From: Takakia lepidozioides
Lineage: Eukaryota > Plantae > Bryophyta
NCBI GenBank assembly: GCA_030704615.1
Contig: CM060731.1
Coordinates: 16,492,001 to 16,556,000 of the forward strand
Direction: 5' to 3'
DNA: 64,000 nucleotides
The notes beneath the pieces were generated by a model that worked only from the letters and a program-made list of their open reading frames with translations, ran no database searches and had not been told where the DNA came from. Both the position numbers and the translations under genes were made by a program. Shown one piece after another: positions 49,829 to 60,024 of the stretch (positions are counted from its first letter, which is position 1; each line of letters begins with the position of its first letter).

Positions 49829-50114
49829 TGAATTTCCCCCAAGTTCTCTTTTGGGGACCACAGTTCCAATGCCTGTAGAGATGTCGATACTCAAAACCTC
49901 GTGGTAAAGTCTTCCAAATTCTCACGAAGGCAGCTTCACAAAACAAGTGTTATTCGGAAACACTAGGGTTTAGGGTTTAGGGTTTCCGAATAACACTTGT
50001 TTTGTGAAGCTGCCTTCGTGAGAATTTGGAAGACTTTACCACGAGGTTTTGAGTATCGACATCTCTACAGGCATTGGAACTGTGGTCCCCAAAAGAGAAG
50101 TTGGGGGAAATTCA
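49829..50114. repeat. Near-perfect ~133 bp inverted repeat with a 20 nt loop of plant telomeric repeats
   Basis: Arms 49829-49961 and 49982-50114 (one mismatch seen); centre ACTAGGGTTTAGGGTTTAGG(GTTT). Confidence 0.95.
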
Positions 50115-50817
50115 TGCCATCTTGCTGTCAGTGCAAACAGCTAAGAGCTGCTAGCTGTTTTTGATCAACTGCCATCCTTGCTGGAGCAGAGTTTGTACAC
50201 ATATGAGTTGCTGCTGTTCCAGAGTTTTCTCCAGAAAGTAAAGCAAGTGCAAATATCCACAATCACAAGTAAGGATTGTTTACTTCTCCCCAGAATCAAA
50301 CAATTTGGATAGTACAAGGAGAATGTCAAGCTCCACATCAAGGTCTCCTGTCCTTTAATTCTTGAAACCAATTTGTGCTATGTTTTGTTGGTGATGTGGC
50401 TCTAGTAGCTCTTTCTTATAAGACTTGATCACTTTTTCCTTCCTTGCAAAGGTATCAGCTGCCATTCCCAAGCAGACAAGGGAGAATTAGGAAGATTGCA
50501 CTGTTACAGAAATTTCACGGTGACAGCACGTTTTTTTGAAGCGTAAGTTCTGCTCAACATACCCATCAAAGTGCGAAATGTACAAAGAGAGATCTCTTTC
50601 AGAACAGATTCACAATGAAACTACCTATCATTGCAACTACACCACGACCCTCCATTTCACTCAGGATGCTCGCTGGTAGGAAGGACTAACATTAAGCTCA
50701 GTATTTCAAAGAGCTGCAGGGACAGTCCCCAAACTTTTTTTCCTTGCTGATTAACATCCAAAAGTGCACCCTCAAAGACTGCCTGTGCTTGGGTGCGTCA
50801 GAGACTCCCCCTGCAAA

Positions 50818-51871
50818 TCAGCTGGACTTGTCATCCAGGGTTACAAATGCCTTGAGTAAATTGGGGCTTATCCTATCTGACAGACCTCCCTTTTCTGAAA
50901 GCGTTAGTGAATTATCCTTCACGACACTTTGGAGCTTCTTCACTGCCAGCTCTAGTTTCTCTTGCTCTGCAATCACACGATTTGCTTGTTAGATATGGTG
51001 CTTCTGCATTTTGCAGTGGTGACCGAATGTATTGTTGTTTCCTCCTCCCAAGCCTCCTCACCTTATGTGTCTCTCATCTACTAACGATGTCATGGCAGGA
51101 TTTTTGACCCAACATAAGATAGCGAGAATCAAAGTTGGTGGGAAAATTATAACATGCGTAACCAACCTTCTTCCAGATCACCGTGAACTCGATGAAAGGG
51201 ATGGCGGACGAACATATCAGAGCCCGGCCATATCACCCAAACAGGTGCCGTCCCATCATGTTCTCCACAAGTGAGGCATCCCCCTTCCCCTGCATTCGTA
51301 TTTTGAGCCTCCAGTTCCTGCGAGAGGACACTGGAGCGAGAGGTGCGAGCCTGCTTGCGTAAGGCCGTCAATGCTTCTCTGTTCCCATTACGCAATCTGT
51401 CGCACTCCACCAGCTACCCACATGGAGAACCAACCAGACTTTCTAAGATTTTCAAAGAACCACAAGAATGGGAGAAAATTTCCTTACAACAACAAGTCCG
51501 ACATGCCGTGACAGACGCTACAAAATTACACACTAGTACAGGACAGAGGAGTGGCTCTACTCACTCGGACGCGATAGAATTTTCTTGGGGTTGTCTAGGG
51601 AGAAATACAGGCAATCTCAGGTCACAATGATTCAATCACAAACCTTTCATAGATCTATTCACTGTTATGCGATGAGGCTGGATCCTCTGCGTCGATTCAT
51701 GAGTTGGGCGGTAAAGAAAACTTAAGAAACCATGTAAAACATACACATAATCATCACCATGCCTGCTTAGATGAGGTCTGTGCCAACCTGCTGGCGGGCA
51801 AGCAGGAACTCGTCTGCCACAGCCTCGACCTCCGCCAGTCGCTTTTGCAATCGCTGCACTCCCTCTTCCAT
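50818..51871 (-). CDS. PDRG1: PDRG1-like protein, right copy
   Basis: Reverse complement of the left copy with few substitutions (ARKQ->ARQQ); splice sites retained. Confidence 0.82.
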
Positions 51872-52090
51872 TCTGACATGCAAGCAAACGCTCGCAGGGA
51901 CCTAATATATTTCGACATTTTGTATGTATTTTATTAGGTTAATCTTTTCAGCTTTGAGAGAAGAGATAGGGTTCCTATTCTCTCCTCCACTTGAGCCATG
52001 GCTTCCCTCTCTGCTTGTACCGGTACCACACACGCTTCCACAGTTGCACGTATTTCAACTCCAGCTCGGATCTAAGAGGGTAGGGAGCGG

Positions 52091-55000
52091 ATGGAAGTCG
52101 AAGTGAAGCTGAGGCTGCCTGATGCAGCTGCACATGAAAAGGTTGCTTTGTTACTGGCCCCAACACATGAGGTCACATACCAGCAGGAGAACATCTTCTT
52201 CGATGGCTCCACCCAAGAATTGAGGTCACAAAGGTCAGTGCTCCGACTGCGATTCTACAACGGCGACGTGCGCTGTGTGGTCACGCTCAAGGGAAAAGCT
52301 GTCGTTGTGGATGGCATCAGTCGGGCAGAAGAGGTGAGACTCGCTTGGAACTCGTGCATTCTCATTTCTTACCTTCTCCATGATCTGCTCTTTTAACTTG
52401 GTCCACACTGTGCACTGTTTGTACTGTCTTTGAGTGAGGTAAGCCCATTACCCCAGACATTTCAATGCCCTTCACAGCATTGACCATCTCCCAGTCAGAT
52501 TCATCCTTTATATCCGTGTTCCTGTCCTCACAAGCTTTGTCACCAACTGGAGTTTTGTTGCTGTGCAGGGACTCCTCACATTTCAAACTATCAAGTGCCC
52601 TTATATCTCTTACAAGGTCAGTTTTTCTGGTCTCCAGTTCACCTCTCGAAGCCAGCACATTTTCAGCACTGCAATTTTCTATCATCTGCAAATTACTATT
52701 AGTATGTGGTCCCAAAATGTCTACAAAGTAATCCAACTCTGGTGACATTGCTTCTTTAGCTTGATCCAGGCCTTGTCTGCTTCCTCCATGGAAGCTGCTA
52801 CTCCTTGCACTGTCAGCAGGGAGTTCCAACCTGGTGTCGAAGTACTTTGTACTTTGACTGTCTGGGAGCCCTGACAGTAACTCCCCCTGAGGTTCAACTA
52901 GGCAAACTTCAGGTGGCAGAGAAAGTGGCTCACTCACATAGAATACATGAGCCATTTCTAGCTCAGATTGTTTTAGCTTAAACCTGGTGTTCGAGCCAGA
53001 GTGTGGATCTTCCCACATTAAATTGCTAGGGCACGAGGAACTTGTGTCTGTGTTCTGGGACATATCTATGCTGCTCACCGATGTTGAAGTCCTTCCACCT
53101 GACTTCAAGGAGGTGTTCTTCAACAAAGCACCTTGCAATCCCTGACTGTTTCTGCATAGCCCTCCATTAGTAGCCGCCAAGGGCCTTGAAAGCCCAAAAT
53201 TGGTTGCTGCCTCAACTGCTCGCTCCTGTGGATTGCAGTTCTGCACTTCCTCCCAGCTGGGGTAACTCATGGGATCAAAATGCTGAACAAGGCTATGATT
53301 GACCCTGTTACTTTGCTCTAGGCCTACAGCCAGGGATGTCACGTGGTCTGGATCTGGGGTTTCCAGCTGCTTTAATTCCTTCCCTGGCTCACCAAGTGAA
53401 ACAGACTTGGATTCATCTACCCAGTATGACATGCCCTTCAGTGCCAGAGAGGGCTTGCCACTTTCACACAATTCTGCTTCCAAATCCACAGAGATATGTG
53501 GCTCTGTCGAATCATGCATATCAGCTGCCTCAAGCACTTCCTTTGGTTGTGTGTACTTGACATTCTTACATCGAACAAGAGGGGCATTGGTTTCAACATC
53601 CAGGGGTTCAAGACAAGTTTTCTCCTCATCATTGAACCAAATATCACTAATATTGGAAGCACCTGTTCCCCGCACCACACCTCCACATGGGTCTTCTGGG
53701 ATATCAACAAATGCTTGCTCCTCAGCTGGGACTTGTCTATGACAAATTTCCTGAACATCTTGACCTTCAGATTCCTGACTGCAAGCATCCTCTGGCTCGT
53801 CAGGCTGCAACACATGCACATTTACAGTGGACTCGCAAATTGTGCTACTCAAAATATCTCGAGTTAAGGCATCGTCGCCCCCACATCTAGGTACACGACA
53901 GGCTTCTAAGTAAGGGTCCTCTACATGGCTATCCATAAGCATACTTTCTGTAATCCTCACAATATTTATTGATTTATGAGCTTCTTGGTAATGCTTCCCA
54001 TTTTCTCTGCAGCCAGCTCCATTTGTATGAAATATCTGACCAACTGCCTGAATAGGGTCCTCAATCTTGGTGAGTTGTTCTCCATCCTGGTTCCCAAACT
54101 TCAGCTCTTGCCCAACTTCATTGCTTGCGTTTTCAAACTCCAAATCGAACCCCTGTCCTTCTCTCTCAGCGTAGAAATTTCCCCCCCTCTCCTTGCAGGG
54201 ACCTTAGCAGTTTCTTGGGCAGGGCTTTCAACCTTAAATTCAGAAGAGATTTCACCTGAACTCCTGCAGGCCACCGCATCACATGACTTCATATTGGAGG
54301 TCACAAAGGAGTGAGACCTGGCGTTCTTGTCTGTCTCCCTCTGCCAATCCTCCTCGTTCTGTATCTGTCTCTTACATTGAAAGCCCCTCATTATTTCATG
54401 AAGCTTGGGCTCATCACTATCCAGACCACAAGCCTCCACCTTTGCTCCAAAACCATCGACTCTGTCAGTATGCTTCTTGCAGAAGTCTTCTCTGCAGTCA
54501 CACCAGTGAACTTCTTTGTCGTCCCTCTCCAAAGTGCATTCTACCTCCTTTTCACAATGTGAGCTTTCTTCACCTCTGTTTCTAGTGGGATCACCTGATC
54601 CATGACAATGAACCTTGTCCTTCTGACCCAAAAAGTTGATGTTCACACTGTGAGAATCCTGACATTGTTCCAAGTTGTGGTGCTGGTAAGGACTACATGT
54701 ACTCATCTTGTCCCTTTCCCCAGTGAACACTGGTTGTCCATCCTGCTTACACTTTGGGCTCTCTGTTTGGCTAATTTCGTTGGGGCCTAGAACATCATGG
54801 CAAGACAGAGTACCACTGAAAGGTAAAGACGTCACGTCACTCCCATATTCTGACTCCTTGCTGAAGTCCAATTTAGGACTGTCCACATGTCGACACAAGC
54901 CACTCTCATCATCCTCGACTGCACAATCTAGGGGCTCTTGCAGGCGGCATCTCTCTTTGTACGTAACCAATCCCCCAACTTCCACACAAGCAGTCTCAAC

Positions 55001-56795
55001 TTTGACTACCATGTTATCTACAGCTCCCTGTGCACATCTAGGGTCTTTGACGTATTCTGAGTTAATGCCCTCAGGATGGCGATCGTGCATGATCAATTCA
55101 TCTACTTGTCTCGACAAATGCAGCCCTTTCGGTCCATCCTCATTGTGGGAGCATCCATTCCCGCTGATTCTAGCAGACTCGCCACCTTCCTTACAGGTTG
55201 TCTTACCCTTGGGGACTGAATAGTTAATGGCCAGACTCCCAAGCTCAGGCTCAGTACTGTTTGCCAAGATACGGTTTTCCAAGAGGCTGAATGAATGCAC
55301 CTTATCATTTGCCCTCACTGAATCAAACTCTTGGGCCCTCTTGAACTCCTCTTCGGAGTGGGTTTGCTCGCAACTCATATAACTAGGAAAGTAGTCATTA
55401 TCACCCAAGTTTGTCCCCTCCGAGCAAGGGAGACTCTCCACATCATTCCTATCCATGTATGCGTGCTCATGTGGCTTGCTGTCCCTCTCATATTGGTGGG
55501 TATCCCAGCTGGAGTTCTTGACCCCCTCTTTATCAAGCACAAGCACCTCAGCATGTCCCCCCGGTGACAACCGTCTCCCTCTGTCACTCAATGAGTCGTC
55601 CTCTGCCTCACTGTTATGTACCACACTAGCACCCTGGTCTGAACTGGCAGTGCTGCTCGGAGTCGTTGGCTTTGAGTCTGGCTTTGAGTCTGTACCTATG
55701 TGTGGTTTCCTAAGGGAGATAGAGGCCCTGCTGCTGTGGAATGATGAGATTGAGGTGAATGTCATGAAAGGTCTAAAGCCATTGGGTGAGCTTTGTTGGA
55801 CATCCTGTAATTTGCATGACATACATCATTGAGTCAGGACTGCATGTGAGGTTGATTGCTATAGCAAGTCCAACAAGTAAGTCTTAATGCAACAACTGCA
55901 AGTGAGCTTTTCTGTGATTGTAATGTGAGACAACATCCCAGGGCCCAGATTCATTTTCACGGCAAGAATTTGCACTTGTCCCCTGGAAAACCTCAGGCAC
56001 AAACTAGAACAGGAAGCAAATCCTGACTGCAGTTTCCAAAAGATTCCAGCTAATAAATCTTAGGACCTCAGAAGTGCCCTCTGGATTAAAAACTGCAAGG
56101 TATATCAAGAAGAAAACAGTATATACACCTCACACTGAAACCTGTAGAGCTGACATATTGCTTACCAAGTGGCGTGCAGGAGAATCCAGAGGCTTTCTGG
56201 AAAATGAGGTCTGAGGCAAATCTCTTTGGGACACAGGTCGCTTCGCCTGCAGGCTGGGGCGTGGATTCAGGAGGTCTTCTTTGGGTACTGCCGACCGCCG
56301 TCCATAACCTGCCCGCTCTGGGGTGACTCTCCTGCTCGATATTACAGACTGTGAAGACGCCTCAAAACTACTGTCATCATCAGACGATGCACGACTAAAT
56401 CGGTATAACTTTTGTCAACTTCTGACAGGGAGGAGGACATCGACTCAGCCCTGGGAAGAGCATTTGTGGCAGACCCATCTCGATTGGCTGGTATAGGTGG
56501 CAAGCTGATCCAACATGTCGTGTCTCAGTACAATTGCCGAGACTTTGTGTGCCTCGGAGGTTTCAGAAACGTCCGTAATGTGTATAGCTGGGAAGGGCTT
56601 AAACTGGAACTGGATGAGACCCAATATGCTTTTGGGACCACTTACGAGATTGAGTGCGAGACCACGGAGCCAGAAAAGTTTCGGCAGCTGTTGGGTGAGC
56701 TTTTGAACGCAAGTGGGATTCCATACTCCTATTCTACAATCACCAAGTTCGGTGTATTTAGATCTGGGAAAATACCCACCTTGACTGGAGCTTGA
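52091..56795 (+). CDS. TTM3: TTM3, right copy (exons 52091-52333; ~56429-56795); 1-nt deletion at the start of exon 2, possibly a pseudogene
   Basis: Same protein as the left copy, but the acceptor reads ctgacag|GGAGGAGGAC rather than ctgacag|GTGGAGGAGGAC. Confidence 0.75.
52340..56410 (-). pseudogene. Nested antisense gene relic in the TTM3 intron, right copy
   Basis: ORFs 54101-55822 (573 aa) and 52362-54143 (593 aa) overlap across a frameshift, probably at the C7 run 54181-54187; no recognisable domain. Confidence 0.6.
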
Positions 56796-58500
56796 GGGGG
56801 TCTAGAGGAGGTCTGCGTGTGTCTGTGTGAGGAAAGGGCCAGTTGTGATCTACCGAAGGACATTCTTGCAAAAACACAAATTAAACAAGACTTGAAAGCT
56901 ACTCAAATGCGTTACTCGATCTCGAGCGACTTCTGTTTCTTCAATCTGCTGAATACAGCAAGCTTTTGATAATACTATTTGATGTCAAATGGATATTGCT
57001 TAACAACAACATCATCGTGCAAGTTGTCAACTTTCAGTTTCTCTTCCACACCATCGAGGTTTATATTGGCACAGGCACCATCGCCTGAAGCTCTAGCTGC
57101 ATCACAACGAAGTTGTAACGATATTCAACCTGCAAGAGCGAGTTTTGCAAAACTGCAAACTTATTCAAAGAGGAAAGTCTCTTCAACACTGTGGCTGTCT
57201 CACCAGAGCTAATCCATCACGAGCGGGATCAATATACAACATCCTTCTGACAGAAGCAATCCATGTAAACAGGAATGCGAAGTCCTCCTGCCATGTCTGC
57301 AAGCAAAATAGTTTTGAGGTCATAGGACAAACCTTTTGGCAAGGGCTCCTCTGTGAAAATAAAGAAAACGGATTCTCGTTGCATGGGAGCATCAGGATTC
57401 AGCTTCTCCAGTTTCCAGCTGACCGGGTCCGTTCTGTCAAGGACGTGGTGAGGGAAATTCCGCGGGGTCCTGTCAGTCCCCGTACCAGAATGATGAGTGG
57501 ACAATGAATGCCATCTAATTTGATGGTCATATATCCAATGTAAGCAGAAGGGTACCAATATTCGCTTCGAGGCAAGGTTTGCCTAGGGAGGTATCCTACG
57601 CGAGGAAGGTCAGAGATGCTCCTGTGATTGCACGAAGCCGAGGAATGAGAGCAATTTCAGAAAACATTCAACTTCTATGAAGGCTTGAGACGTGTCTATA
57701 TGCGTGGCGTCAGGTCAGGAAACCTCACCCCCCCTGCTTAGCAGCTGGTCGGTGGAAACGAATGTGACAATGTAGAGATACCGATCATCCTCCACAGATA
57801 ATTTGAGCCTCACGGACGTCGAGTGCTGGACCATAAAGCCACCTGGTCTAGAGCCACATGCTTTCCCAGACTGATCAAACTTTGAAGAACTTAGCTCACA
57901 CACTTCGGACTTCAGACTTGCTACGTTCTTTCTACTCTTCTTCGGTCCCTGTCCACGATTGGCTTTCGGCCAGGCCACTTTCTTATTCCAACTTGCACAT
58001 TTACAGATTTCAGATCCTTTCATTTCAGATCGCCGATCCTATTTGGCCTCTGTTTAGAATCTACTTTGTCAACTTTTGTACATGAACTGCTCTTCTATCA
58101 TGCTCTATGCATAATATTGGAATTCGCATTCTAGATCGCCCAACCACCACATTGTGCCTTGATCAATCAACCATCATGGGGCAGTGGAGGTCTGATCATC
58201 ATCTCCTTCTTCAAAGCCCGCTAGCTCTCCCCGCTTCAAAGCCCGCTAGCTCTCTCTGCAGTGCTTTTTCTTCTTCCTGCAGCTGCCATTTTTCCATATT
58301 GAAGTATGGCCTCTTCAATCATTTACTGTAAGTTGCTAGCCACCTCACATATCATCCCATTATTCTTTCTCACCGTTCCCAGCACATTCACTATGCATTA
58401 GAACCCGTTCTTAAATGTACTAGAGAACGGGCCGTGTTTGGCCAATTCTGCCCTGTAAGGTGAGGGGCTTGCCCAAAGGCCGCTTACAGGGCAGAGTCGG

Positions 58501-58971
58501 CCCAACACGGCCCGTTCACTACCGTTAAAAGCAGGGTGTGGCGTATTCTCGCCGCCACCTGGCGCACTATGATTGGGGTTCAATTATCCCATATCGATTG
58601 CCCAGATTCAGAGCCCCGGAGAGGATATAAACGGGAAGGGCCCGTCCCAACAAGGCCCGTTCACTACCGTTAAAAGCAGGGTGTGGCGTATTCTCGCCAC
58701 CACCTGGCGCACTATGATTGGGGTTCAATTATCCCATATCGATTGCCCAGATTAAGAGCCCCGGCGAGGATATAAACGGGAAGGCGGGCGGGTTGTTGGC
58801 TGATGGCTGATGACATGGGCCTGGGTGGTTGCTTTATCGTCCTCGGTGCATAATCGGCCATCCCTGCTGATTATTCCTGCTGAATCGGCAGTACGCCCTG
58901 GGTGGCCGATTCGGCCTGAGAATCAGTCAAAAAAATGGCAGAACGCGCCACACCTGCTTTTAACGTTAGGT
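58501..58971. repeat. Two tandem ~145 bp units plus an inverted partial copy; possible small CACTA-like element with a duplicated left end
   Basis: CACTACCGTTAAAAGCAGGGTGTGGCG at 58517 and 58662; inverted CGCCACACCTGCTTTTAACGTTAG at 58946-58969. Confidence 0.6.
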
Positions 58972-60024
58972 ACGTAAGAAGACTGCTCCATAGCCCAATG
59001 CCATCTGAAGCTTCTACTTCCTGACTCGGTACATGAGCTGTCATTGATGAACTTGCCGACCAACTACTCGAGTCTGGCAACAAGGTGGGGTGGTTGCATT
59101 GTTGTTTTCGGGTTGGCCGCGACCTGCCCCTGCCTGTTACAAACCTCTCTCTGATAAGCGCATGACAATCGACACTGCGACTGGGTTGAGATTGTCGAGG
59201 CAGAATGCGAGATCGGCCAGTTGCTTAGATAATTGCCTTTGTACCTCTTGCAAGCAGGCCTCCAGCTCTGCCACATGAGACTTTAAGATATGTCCAGCCT
59301 GCTCACCCTGATCGGCAATATCGGCAGCAACAGGTCGCGGGAGCAGCAGGTGGAGCACCCCCACCTGCCCCTTGTAGCCAAGAGCAAACATAAGCTCTTC
59401 CTTCTCATCCTTCCGTCTCTTCATCCTTCCGTCTCTTCATCCTTCCGTCTCTTCATCCTTCGCTCATATTTCGGCAAGATCTTTATACTGGATGCACATG
59501 GATGGATGGACGGCACCCATCTAACTTGGTTCATCCTTTAACGTTAACTCACAGTAATGTGATAGCCACCCAAGGCTGTACTAGTCCTCTTAACTGGCCC
59601 ATGAAAGCAGACTCCATCAGCACAAACAAAGGACATCACTCCACTTTTTGGAATTCAGAACAGAAGCAAACATGTCCATGTCCTGAAATGAGACGGACAT
59701 CACACACCTAACGACAAACTAATTGACCATGGAAGAGCTGCATTTTGGCTTGAACTCTGGCCTATTCCTTCGTCTGTTGCATTCCTGCACTTGATCATAC
59801 CATCCAGCATTGCCAAAACTACACTTACAAAAATGAAGTGACAAGTCTAAGGACTGGTTTCAACCACTGTGACTTCGAAAACTTGTCCAGAAGTCATTCC
59901 ATACAAAACCAAAGCACCACCACCAAATAACGAAGGGGCACAGACACACAAGATTCACCTCGAGTACACCGGAAACAGAGGAATGGTAGGTTTAGCTTTA
60001 CAGATAGAGGGTGCAATGATATGA

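Larger units (their letters stand above)
41623..58442. repeat. ~16.8 kb inverted duplication (giant palindrome) with secondary rearrangements
   Basis: Reverse-complement pairs 41623-45674/54382-58442, 48102-49829/50754-52483 and 49829-49961/49982-50114; direct pair 46025-47928/52483-54386. Near-identical translated ORFs on opposite strands (e.g. 41980-42207 vs 57858-58085; 49173-49436 vs 51147-51410). Confidence 0.97.

Noticed and set aside
49962-49984. A true chromosome end or interstitial telomere array
   Set aside because: Only about three repeats, with genic DNA on both sides; reported instead as the palindrome apex.
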